In this document: positions 9,818 to 18,553 of the stretch, piece by piece
Layout: every line of letters starts with the position of its first letter
How positions within the stretch are numbered: position 1 is the stretch's first letter
Virus record (IMG/VR): IMGVR_UViG_3300035696_001272
From: a virus
Taxonomy: Duplodnaviria; Heunggongvirae; Uroviricota; Caudoviricetes
Strand: one strand, 5' to 3'
DNA length: 64,000 bases
Notes under the pieces: model-generated
The model's input: the letters and a program-made list of their open reading frames with translations, nothing else
Database searches by the model: none
Told to the model about the DNA's origin: nothing
Position numbers and translations under genes: made by a program

Positions 9818-10554
9818 AAAACACTGATGACTTACTACAACTGGCAAGCACTTACGAAAATGAGTGCCAACAGAGTCTGACCAAGTTTGCGAGAATTCGC
9901 AAATTACCAGGCGGTAAGTATCGTGTACTCTCAGAAAAGGGTAAAAATCTAGGCACTTCTGAAACGAAGGGAGAAGCAGTAAAGCGTCTTCGTCAGGTGG
10001 AATATTTCAAACATCATGACAAATCGAAAGCGAATGATTCTCCAGTTATTGATTTGACTGGAATTGATGAGTTTGCTTATTCTGCTATTATGAGAAAGCT
10101 ACGTCAAAAGGGAACTCCAAAACAAGTTAAAGACTTTTTGAAGTTATTCAAACTATATTTTGACAAAGCAGTTAAAAACGACAAACACGATCCAGACAGA
10201 ATTGCTTTACAGAATGCAATGGTAAGATTCAGCAAGATGCACAAAGTTAAACTCGACAAAGACATGGTTAAGAGTGCGGCTGTAGCTGAATTGGGCAATG
10301 CAGAGGCTGTAGGCAGATATCTATCAGATATTGTAAAATTCATTCTAAATCGCATTCCTACAGAGAAAAGACAGCACGCTACGGAAGTTCTCAAACAGAA
10401 GTTTTCTATGTTGAATGAATCAGAAATATCTTCCAAGAATTTGCCACAAGCAGCAGCTTATGGTCAGGCCATTACCTTCGTTAAACATGTTTTATTTAAC
10501 CAAGATGCTAGATACGTCAGAGAAGTCCTCAATAGTTTAGTGAGGAGCCTATGA
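9814..10554 (+). CDS. hypothetical protein with small basic domain
   Basis: 246 aa; basic segment RIRKLPGGKYRVLSEKGKNLGT...KRLRQVEYFKH follows LTKFA; MVKSA later. Confidence 0.7.
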   Translation: MKNTDDLLQLASTYENECQQSLTKFARIRKLPGGKYRVLSEKGKNLGTSETKGEAVKRLRQVEYFKHHDKSKANDSPVIDLTGIDEFAYSAIMRKLRQKGTPKQVKDFLKLFKLYFDKAVKNDKHDPDRIALQNAMVRFSKMHKVKLDKDMVKSAAVAELGNAEAVGRYLSDIVKFILNRIPTEKRQHATEVLKQKFSMLNESEISSKNLPQAAAYGQAITFVKHVLFNQDARYVREVLNSLVRSL

Positions 10555-11321
10555 TGAAAAGATTTTTAGAAGTAGTCCCTGGTAAAATGTATCGTGGTTC
10601 CGCACCATCAATTCAAGATGTCCAATGGTTAAAAGACAACATGGGCATCAAAAAGATTGTTAGTTTGGATAAACCAACTGGTGAGAAAATTGATCGCGCT
10701 TGCAAACTGCTAGGTATCAAACACATTAAACAATATATTGGTGGTGATAGAGAAGGTCTATTACGCTTTCTATCAAAAGATTTAGGACACCTATTCTTAA
10801 AAGATGGGCCAACTTTCGTTCATTGTCATGAAGGAAAAGATCGCACTGGTTTAGCATCAGCTCTAGTTAAATGTAAGTTTCTAAAGATGGATCCAGAAAA
10901 GGCTATTGAAGAGGCTAAGTCACTAGGCTTTGGTGTGGGTATTCCTCCTCAAGTGACTGAATTGTTTGAAAAGTTGATTCGTGCAAGCAAACCAGCCAAA
11001 GACCAAAATAGTGCTGATATAGTTTCCATCGAAAGAGAATATACGGGAGACAATCGAGACAACTACTTCGATGAAATGCATCAAGGTTCTTTTGCTCCTG
11101 ACTTGGATCATACCCGCCAGAATCCAATGGATGCTCTATGGGGCTACACATTAGATCAATCTCCTACTCGACAAAATTATCCGGATACATCATTATTTGA
11201 GTATGATCCTGATAAGGGTAGTGCGATTCCAAATGTTGGAGAATTTGATAATGATTCGGGTCAACGTGGTTTCGGCCCAATGGAAAACTACAACGGTTTC
11301 TTCTCTGAAATAGGTCACTAA
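10551..11321 (+). CDS. Cys-based protein tyrosine/dual-specificity phosphatase family protein
   Basis: P-loop VHCHEGKDRTG (HCxxGxDRTG), N-terminal MYRGSAP and IKKIVSL; acidic C-terminal tail. Confidence 0.85.
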   Translation: MMKRFLEVVPGKMYRGSAPSIQDVQWLKDNMGIKKIVSLDKPTGEKIDRACKLLGIKHIKQYIGGDREGLLRFLSKDLGHLFLKDGPTFVHCHEGKDRTGLASALVKCKFLKMDPEKAIEEAKSLGFGVGIPPQVTELFEKLIRASKPAKDQNSADIVSIEREYTGDNRDNYFDEMHQGSFAPDLDHTRQNPMDALWGYTLDQSPTRQNYPDTSLFEYDPDKGSAIPNVGEFDNDSGQRGFGPMENYNGFFSEIGH

Positions 11322-11972
11322 ATGATTAAAAAGTCTTATTCTGTACAAATGAGCTACAATGTGTCTGATAGCGAAAAGCAGCAGGCAGAGAAAGCTTTGA
11401 GTTATTTTAAGGCGACTGAGAAGCTATTACAACAAGCTTCTGATCATCTTAATATCATGAAGACTCCTTTTAAAGATAATCCAGATATGTCAGAAGAAGA
11501 TGTCATGAAGGCTAGAGCAGTCATTAGACGATTCAGAGACAAGGCTCTTGAAAATTTTGACAAATTTAAAGAGGCCGCTTTTCAATGTGTTAGTGTAATG
11601 CAAACTTTTGCTACAGATACTCAAACTGTTAAGCTAATGAAGTCATTTATTAGTTCAGTTGATGATTTGGAGACTAAAGTAAATCTATTGTCAGAGTTAT
11701 TCAATGATTTGCAATCAAAAGATTTCTCCAAAAATGTAGTCACTAGCATAGAAGATGTTCAAAAGCAGTGTGATGAAATTGATGAGATTATTGATGAAAG
11801 AATCAAATCTCATATTCAGACTAATATTTTAGCTACCAGTTGGGTAGACTCTATTAGCAATGATTTACAGATGAAAATAGAGAAAAAGACTCCTTTAATA
11901 GTTGATCTCTTCAATAAACGACAAGATCAGCTAAATGATGCCATTAAGGAAAGGACTACACTGGGAAACTAA
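11322..11972 (+). CDS. coiled-coil hypothetical protein
   Basis: 216-aa ORF abutting the phosphatase gene; heptad-rich. Confidence 0.75.
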   Translation: MIKKSYSVQMSYNVSDSEKQQAEKALSYFKATEKLLQQASDHLNIMKTPFKDNPDMSEEDVMKARAVIRRFRDKALENFDKFKEAAFQCVSVMQTFATDTQTVKLMKSFISSVDDLETKVNLLSELFNDLQSKDFSKNVVTSIEDVQKQCDEIDEIIDERIKSHIQTNILATSWVDSISNDLQMKIEKKTPLIVDLFNKRQDQLNDAIKERTTLGN

Positions 11973-12088
11973 GGCTGACGCTAAAAATGGTAATATCGTT
12001 ACATATTAAGTGATGTTTTTGGCTGTCTGCCGAAAATTGTAGCAATATTACATTATAATTGTGTAGAGTCTCCCTTTGGAGAAAATAT

Positions 12089-12247
12089 ATGCCATTTGTT
12101 AAACACGGTGATGGAAAAATAGTAGACGTCCTTGACGAGAATGCTTTGACGGAAGAGCAGAAGCAAGCTGTTAAGAAAATGTCTAAAGAATTCGTCAAAA
12201 AATCTGACGAAACAACTGATTCTTCACAGAAGAAGTCAGGGAGTTAA
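12089..12247 (+). CDS. small hypothetical protein (52 aa)
   Basis: GGAG RBS before ATG 12089 (MPFVKHGDG...), in frame with ORF 12059. Confidence 0.6.
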   Translation: MPFVKHGDGKIVDVLDENALTEEQKQAVKKMSKEFVKKSDETTDSSQKKSGS

Positions 12248-12250
12248 TAC

Positions 12251-15200
12251 ATGCCCATTATTAAACTAGGCGAAGCGCACGAAATTAGACTTGAGAATGC
12301 AGAATCTTGTATTCCAGAAGTTAGCGCTGAGGTCTTGGAAAACTTTAGGAAGTTTGCAACTAATCTTAAGAAGATTGCACCTAAAGCAGAAGACTTTTTG
12401 TATTTTTCTGCTGTTATGATGCATGCTGCTGAAGCCGCAGCCCTTAATGAAGATGGTACTCCACGATTAAATGCTAAGGGTGAAGCTGTTCAAGTGGGCT
12501 GGGATAAGAGCGGTAATACTTGGAAGTGGACTTCTAATGACCCTAATGTAAAACCATATAAGAATTCAAATGGTGATATCTTTCCAGAAGAAGAGTTAAC
12601 CAAAGCTTACAAAAAGTGGAGACACAAGCCTCTATGCGTGGATCATAAATCGAGTTCGGTTGATCACGTGAGAGGCTTTATTGTTGATACGTATTACGAT
12701 CGTAGCCTCAAGAGAGTGATTGCTCTTTGTGCTTTGGATAAGGCCGGATTCCCTCAATTAGCTAGACAGATTTCAACTGGCGTTTCCAACTGCGTATCTA
12801 TGGGTACGGCTGTTGGTCGTGCTATCTGTTATGATTGTGGTAGAGTCGCTAGAGTAGAAGCAGACTTCTGCAATCACATGAAAAATAAGACTTGCTACGG
12901 TGAAATCAACGTAGACCTCAATCCAATTGAGTTATCTATCGTTGTCAATGGTGCTGACCCTAGAGCCAACATCAAGCATATCATTGCCGCAGCTAATACA
13001 ATGAACACGTATCTTGAGAACAGAGCTAAAGAGCTAGAAAAGCTCGCTGATCTCAGGTACAGTGCGAATGTACAAGTATCTGACCCACAAGGTCTTGAAG
13101 GTGGCGGTAGCGCTTCTTTCAATGTCGAAGCTGATGATATTGGTAAGTTTAAGAGTGAATTAGATGAAGCATTCCGTAAGGTCCAGGAATTCAAAAACGT
13201 AAAAATTTCTGAAAAAGATACTAATTCTTCTGCATCTAATCAATCGTCGGGTTCGATCGCTATGGATGAAGGCGCCCCCACGGATTCTGGATTGGCTCTC
13301 CAAACTCCACAAAACGTCAGATTTGCTTCTTCTGATGTGGGATATTTAGCTGAACTTCAGGAAGTTACTTCCGCTATCGAAGAAAAGCTAAATCAAATGA
13401 AAAAGAGCTTGGATAAGTTAGCTAAAACTACTTCTATAAATACACAAGAGGAAACTATGTCAGGATCAGATAAACTAAATAAGTCAGCTTATTTCCAGGG
13501 TGCTGGTGGTGTTAACGAACCAACTCCAGGTCAAGTTAAATACCCAAAGGATCCACTCAATGAGCAACTTCGTGAACACGAAGACAAGCAAATGGTGGGT
13601 CAACCTCCTTTCCCAGGAGTCGGACCAGTTGATGGAATGCATCCATCCCCAGGTTCCGTTGATCCTTCTGATGAGCTAGAGCGCAAGAAGATGCTCGCTC
13701 GTGCAGAAGCTGAGGAGAGACAAATGAGACGTAATGCTATCGTCCAATTGGCCAAAGACGCTTTGAAGCAAAAAGAAGCTTACTGGCAAGGTGGCGGTGG
13801 TGTTAATGAGCCAACTCCAAACAAGCCAAAGTATCCAAAAGATAAGCTCAACGAAGAATTGCGTGAGTATGAAGATAAGCAAATGGTTGGTCAACCACCA
13901 TTCCCAGGCGTTGGTCCTGTAGACGGTCTTCACCCTTCCCCATCCTCTGCTGATCCTAAGGATGAGTTGAAGCGTAAGGAGATGCTTGCTAGAGCTTCTT
14001 TGAGAGCTAGATTCATCAAGGCCGCTAATGGTGATGGTACTCAGAACAAGTCTAAGAGTGCTTGGGAAGTTTTCCTAGGCGACAAGCTTCTATTATCTGC
14101 ATCTGTCGATGAACTATCTGGTGGAAACACTGATATGATGTACGACAGTATTGCTACCAAGGATTTTGGTGCTAAGTTGATCGAAAAGGTCAAGACCAGT
14201 GGTGCTGAGTCCGTTTCTAAGCTAATCAAGAAGGCACAAGCCATGCCACCAGCAGCTCCTGGTGGTGATATGGGTGCTCCTCCAGCCGATATGGGTGGTG
14301 GTGAGGCCGGTCCTCCAGCTGAAGATGCTGGCAAGTCTGGTGACCCAAAGCAAAGTGCTATGGAACTATCTGAGAAGGTAAGAGACCTTAGCTCGGACCT
14401 AGTAGAAGCTGTTCGTGCCTTAACTGGTGAACAAGCTGAAATGGGTGCTGGTGAAGGTGGTGTTGGTGGTCCAGCTGGTGGTCCAATGGCCGCAGATGAC
14501 CAAGATGCCCGCAAGAAGAAGATGGAATCCTCAAAGGAATCTTCCAAGGAGTCCACTGCTGAGAACTTCAGCGCTTCTACCCTCAATACTTTGAGAAAAG
14601 AAATCAATGGTGCTCTAACCCACGCAATCAAGGAAGCTGTTGCTGAACTCAACGAGCATCAACAAGAACTTGACATGATTGTCGGCATGTATGATAAGGG
14701 TGCCGTAACTGAAGCCAACCAAGACTTCGTGAATACCATCGTAGAAGATGCATTAGGCGAAGCTAAGACTGCTGTAGCAGATGGTTTCAAGTTAATGACC
14801 GCCTTTGTTAAGTATGCTCGTGGTACAGAAGCTATTGTCAAGCGTGCTGAATTAGAAACAGAACTACAGGCACTAGCCGCAGACGAAGGAGATGCTATGA
14901 GCGACAAGAAGGATAGTCACTCCGCAGATGGCGGTGACTTAATGGCACTAATCAACGATACCAACGCAGATTTGGATGCCGTACATGAGATGATGGATGA
15001 TGACCAAGATCACACAGATCTAGGTGATATGGGCCTCGAAGGTCTAGAAGAGAAGCCAGAAGAGGGTGGCGGTATTGAATCCCTACTCGAAGGTTTGGCA
15101 GAAGACCAGAACGTTGCAACTATCATGGCACCAAATGCTAACGTAGCTGCTGACCTCGCAAAGAAGGCACCAGATGCTGACATTTCAGTCAAGTCTGCTT

Positions 15201-15982
15201 CTTACGATTCTAAGCAAGGACGTGCAATTCTTAGGGCTAAGTTGGCTGCTGATGCCACTGGCAAAGAAGAAGATGGTGAGATCCAGAGTGCTGAAAAGAT
15301 TCAGTTCAGCGATATGTTAGACCAAGCTGACGGTTTGGCTGATGGTCAAACTCAATTGGATGTCAAGCCATCAAGCAACGTAGGTGAGGCTAAATTCCCA
15401 CTAGGTTTGGTTGAGACTCCAGCAGAGAACATGAAGGCTATGCTAGAAGTTGCTAGAATGCCACCAAAGGTTCGCAAAGAAGCTGAAGCCATTCAAAAGA
15501 TGGTTAAGGCAGGTCATCTAGATCCAAACGATGTTGACCAACTAGCATCACTAGGTCTCGATAAGGACGCAGTAGCTTACTGGAAGAAGTACTATGGTGA
15601 AGTTGAAGGCGGAAGTGAATTTGCTACAGAGCTAGTAAAGGAACACGTCAAGGCTGCCATGGAAGAGGAACTTAACAAGTTCAGAGTCAAGTTAGCTCGT
15701 GCTTATGAGTTAACCTATGACATGGTTGATCGTGGTCTATGCCGTGAAGACAGAGCCACTATCTCTGACCAAGTTGATCAGATTATGAAGTTCAATGAGG
15801 ACGCTTTTGAATCTCTCAAGAAGGTCGTGGCAAGACACGAACCAGGTCTACGTAAGATGGCCGGTCATCTACCACAAATTGGCTTGATTGGCAACGGTGA
15901 GTCTCAAGCAACCGTAGCAGTCGAAGAAGACGCATATGCCCAATTGTCTTCAATGTTCGGAACCAAAAAGGGTGTGTTCTAA
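12251..15982 (+). CDS. prohead protease fused to scaffold (1243 aa)
   Basis: NSNGDIFP, PLCVDH (His), VSMGT (Ser), CxxC...CxH zinc insert, IELSIVVNGADP; long acidic/coiled-coil C-terminal part; lies between portal and capsid genes. Confidence 0.85.
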   Translation: MPIIKLGEAHEIRLENAESCIPEVSAEVLENFRKFATNLKKIAPKAEDFLYFSAVMMHAAEAAALNEDGTPRLNAKGEAVQVGWDKSGNTWKWTSNDPNVKPYKNSNGDIFPEEELTKAYKKWRHKPLCVDHKSSSVDHVRGFIVDTYYDRSLKRVIALCALDKAGFPQLARQISTGVSNCVSMGTAVGRAICYDCGRVARVEADFCNHMKNKTCYGEINVDLNPIELSIVVNGADPRANIKHIIAAANTMNTYLENRAKELEKLADLRYSANVQVSDPQGLEGGGSASFNVEADDIGKFKSELDEAFRKVQEFKNVKISEKDTNSSASNQSSGSIAMDEGAPTDSGLALQTPQNVRFASSDVGYLAELQEVTSAIEEKLNQMKKSLDKLAKTTSINTQEETMSGSDKLNKSAYFQGAGGVNEPTPGQVKYPKDPLNEQLREHEDKQMVGQPPFPGVGPVDGMHPSPGSVDPSDELERKKMLARAEAEERQMRRNAIVQLAKDALKQKEAYWQGGGGVNEPTPNKPKYPKDKLNEELREYEDKQMVGQPPFPGVGPVDGLHPSPSSADPKDELKRKEMLARASLRARFIKAANGDGTQNKSKSAWEVFLGDKLLLSASVDELSGGNTDMMYDSIATKDFGAKLIEKVKTSGAESVSKLIKKAQAMPPAAPGGDMGAPPADMGGGEAGPPAEDAGKSGDPKQSAMELSEKVRDLSSDLVEAVRALTGEQAEMGAGEGGVGGPAGGPMAADDQDARKKKMESSKESSKESTAENFSASTLNTLRKEINGALTHAIKEAVAELNEHQQELDMIVGMYDKGAVTEANQDFVNTIVEDALGEAKTAVADGFKLMTAFVKYARGTEAIVKRAELETELQALAADEGDAMSDKKDSHSADGGDLMALINDTNADLDAVHEMMDDDQDHTDLGDMGLEGLEEKPEEGGGIESLLEGLAEDQNVATIMAPNANVAADLAKKAPDADISVKSASYDSKQGRAILRAKLAADATGKEEDGEIQSAEKIQFSDMLDQADGLADGQTQLDVKPSSNVGEAKFPLGLVETPAENMKAMLEVARMPPKVRKEAEAIQKMVKAGHLDPNDVDQLASLGLDKDAVAYWKKYYGEVEGGSEFATELVKEHVKAAMEEELNKFRVKLARAYELTYDMVDRGLCREDRATISDQVDQIMKFNEDAFESLKKVVARHEPGLRKMAGHLPQIGLIGNGESQATVAVEEDAYAQLSSMFGTKKGVF
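13481..13996 (+). repeat. two 75-aa direct repeats in protease-scaffold (13481-13705, 13772-13996)
   Basis: KxAY[FW]QG.GGVNEPTP...EDKQMVGQPPFPGVGPVDG.HPSP...DEL.RK.MLARA occurs twice. Confidence 0.95.
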
Positions 15983-16001
15983 ACCTAGAACGAGGATGCA
16001 A

Positions 16002-16775
16002 ATGAAAAACCAAAGTGTATCAGATTTCGTAGCTGCAACTATGGATGCAGTTCTAAACAGCAAAGAACACAAGTCTTTGTTCACAACTCAATATAAGCTT
16101 GCCGGTGACAAGATGTGCGCTAAGTGTGGACATGATCACGGTGACAAAGATTCTTGCATGGCCGACGACAATGATGCCCGTAAGAAGAAGGAAGAATCCT
16201 CTTCTGACAGCTCATCTGCTTCCGACATCAACGATGCTCGCAAGAAGAAAGAAAAAGAGTCTTCCTCTGATTCTAGCAGCGCTGACGACCAAGATGCTCG
16301 TAAGAAGAAGGAAAAAGAATCTTCCTCTGATAGTTCATCTGCCGACGATCAAGATGCTAAGAAAAAGAAGGAATCTAAGTCTTCTGATTCTAGCTCCGCT
16401 GATGACAACGATGTTGATAGCAAACTAGGTCACGAGTACCCATCTCAATATGATGCTGATGAGTACAGACCAGGTGATGTTCTAAGAGCTGATGATATGG
16501 AAGCTGCAGCTGGTTACGATGTTGCTATCGACAGTTTGCTAACTGCTTCTGCCGCTCTTGACTCAGTAGGTCTTGGCCGTGGTTCCGCCCTTACTTTGAA
16601 GATTGCTTCTCTAGTTGTTGAAGCTAAGAAGAAGGAAAAGGAATCCAAGAAGTCCAAAAAGTCTGACAAGAAGGATTCTAAGAAAGACTCTCAGTCTGCT
16701 AAGGACAAGAAGTCTGATAAGAAGAGTGATTCCAAGAAGTCTGATAAGAAGGAATCAAAGAAGTCTTCTAAATAA
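16002..16775 (+). CDS. Lys/Ser/Asp-rich repeat protein (probable internal head protein)
   Basis: GAGG RBS before ATG 16002; ADD[NQ]DARKKKE.ESSSDSSS repeats; K/S/D-rich C-terminus. Confidence 0.75.
   Translation: MKNQSVSDFVAATMDAVLNSKEHKSLFTTQYKLAGDKMCAKCGHDHGDKDSCMADDNDARKKKEESSSDSSSASDINDARKKKEKESSSDSSSADDQDARKKKEKESSSDSSSADDQDAKKKKESKSSDSSSADDNDVDSKLGHEYPSQYDADEYRPGDVLRADDMEAAAGYDVAIDSLLTASAALDSVGLGRGSALTLKIASLVVEAKKKEKESKKSKKSDKKDSKKDSQSAKDKKSDKKSDSKKSDKKESKKSSK
16161..16412 (+). repeat. coding tandem repeat, about 4.3 units of 57-60 nt
   Basis: Peptide unit ADD[NQ]DARKKK(E)KESSSDSSS with synonymous divergence between units. Confidence 0.95.
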
Positions 16776-16780
16776 TATAG

Positions 16781-17002
16781 GTGACCATGTTCAAACAAGG
16801 CAGCAATGAGGACGAAATCTTTCGTTCAATGGAAACGACTCTGGTCAAAAACCAGACGGAAAACACACACGGGTTTAATAGACTCGCTAAAGCTGTCGAC
16901 CTCTTGAACACAGCCGCAGCTATCTTTGAACAAGCAGGTATGCACGAAGAAGCTGCTGAAGTTACCGCAGTATTGCAAAGCCTCGCTGAGGATCTTGGAT
17001 GA
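16781..17002 (+). CDS. small helical-hairpin protein
   Basis: 73 aa; AVDLLNTAAAIFEQAGMHEEAAEV motif shared with neighbours. Confidence 0.65.
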   Translation: MTMFKQGSNEDEIFRSMETTLVKNQTENTHGFNRLAKAVDLLNTAAAIFEQAGMHEEAAEVTAVLQSLAEDLG

Positions 17003-17754
17003 AAGAATTTCACTTAGATGAGTTAAGTCTCAGTATGCACAAAGAGCTAATCAAACAAGCTTCGGATGAACAACCAAATCTTGTTAAGGCAGCAGAGTGT
17101 TTGCATACAGCTTTAGAGATTCTTGAAGAACAAGGTTTACAAGCTAGAGCCGATCAGGTTCTACAGCTATTAGACAAGATTGCCCAAGGCGCCTCATTAG
17201 TCAAGGAAGCTAAGATTCATTCACTTCAACAGTTAATGGAAGCTGGCGTTACACAACACGATCTAAAAGAATTTGCCAGAGGCAGTCCAAAAGCTACAGC
17301 CAAACTCAATTTGGTTTTGCGCAAGCTAGGACTGTCCGAGCACGAAATTGCAAAGTTCTTAGGACCAGGCAAAGTTATGTCCGAAGAAGCTGCTCGTAAA
17401 GCTATTAGTCCAAATGAACCGGGCTCCCTAATGGAATTTAAAAGTCTAGCTCCTAGTACACCAGTAGGTGAAGGGGAACAGGCATTCGAGTTCAAGAGTC
17501 TCGCATTAAAAAAAAAGCCTAAGAACCCTGGCAGACCAGATAAAATCAAAGACCCTGCCACCAAAGGATTAACTCCTGCAAAGGAGGTTAAAAACCTTTT
17601 GGAACATGGACATCCACTTAATATCACCATGGCTGATGATGCATTTGCAATTGATGGTATTGATGAATTGATGAATATGGATATTTACGATGATACTTTA
17701 GAAGTATCTGAAAAAGATATGACCATAGAAGATTTCGAAGACGAAAGAGACTAA
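16999..17754 (+). CDS. hypothetical internal head protein
   Basis: 251 aa, ATGA overlap; helical-hairpin motif and four hydrophobic-x-K-x-A sites. Confidence 0.7.
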   Translation: MKEFHLDELSLSMHKELIKQASDEQPNLVKAAECLHTALEILEEQGLQARADQVLQLLDKIAQGASLVKEAKIHSLQQLMEAGVTQHDLKEFARGSPKATAKLNLVLRKLGLSEHEIAKFLGPGKVMSEEAARKAISPNEPGSLMEFKSLAPSTPVGEGEQAFEFKSLALKKKPKNPGRPDKIKDPATKGLTPAKEVKNLLEHGHPLNITMADDAFAIDGIDELMNMDIYDDTLEVSEKDMTIEDFEDERD

Positions 17755-17804
17755 ATCCAACCGTTATATAGGTACTAGAGCCGTATAGGTGACAAAGGAC
17801 ACTC

Positions 17805-18494
17805 ATGCTAAGACTAGTACAAGTTGGAAATACTCTTCCAGTTAGCTTTATTTGCGACCCCTCCGCTGAATTTCAACCTGGACAAATTGCCGAATTAACA
17901 GTTATTGGAAATCAGGTTATGGCTACCGTAAGCAACGGTACCGCACCTATCGGTGTAATTGACGATATTAAAACCAAAGCTTTCACTAACGTTTCTTGGA
18001 ATGAAACAGTTATCGTTCCTGCTGTTGGCGTTCCTGGCCCTAACAATACCATTGTTACTCCAGTTGATATCAAAGCAGAATTAAGAAAACCAAATATTAT
18101 TCCTTCTAGCTTCAATTCCACAGTAAGTGTTACTCTTAATCCGATAAATGGTATCATTACATTTATCGCTGGAACACCACTTAATTTCGACTTAGCAGGT
18201 ACTGGTTCAGTAAATGCTATCAAGTCAATAGTCAATTATACTTATCAAATAGCTAATATTCCAGGTGATGATAGTACGGCTGGTTCAGGCAGAATGACGG
18301 TCTGGTTTGAAAGAATGTTTTTCCAGACTGACCAGTACGAAACAAACCAGCAATATCCTGTCAGGGCTAATTTATACGTTAGCGAAGTTGGTTTCTTGAC
18401 CACCAGAAGGCCAAGTCCAATCCATCCCGCTGTAGCCATGGTCACTGCGCCTCCTACTCCTATGAGCCCAATGATAGAAGTCCTTTGGTTCTAA
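17805..18494 (+). CDS. putative head decoration/cement protein (paralog of 24729)
   Basis: Beta-rich; MLRLVQ start and STAGSGRMTVW match MLKLLQ and STGSGKTTCW in ORF 24729. Confidence 0.55.
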   Translation: MLRLVQVGNTLPVSFICDPSAEFQPGQIAELTVIGNQVMATVSNGTAPIGVIDDIKTKAFTNVSWNETVIVPAVGVPGPNNTIVTPVDIKAELRKPNIIPSSFNSTVSVTLNPINGIITFIAGTPLNFDLAGTGSVNAIKSIVNYTYQIANIPGDDSTAGSGRMTVWFERMFFQTDQYETNQQYPVRANLYVSEVGFLTTRRPSPIHPAVAMVTAPPTPMSPMIEVLWF

Positions 18495-18553
18495 TAGTAA
18501 TAAGCGACTAATATCGCTGCATATTGTAGATAATCTACTCATTTGAGGCTACA

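Noticed and set aside
16161-16412. Possible CRISPR array (repeats with about 60-nt period)
   Set aside because: Units are in-frame peptide repeats with synonymous variation and no unique spacers; no cas genes
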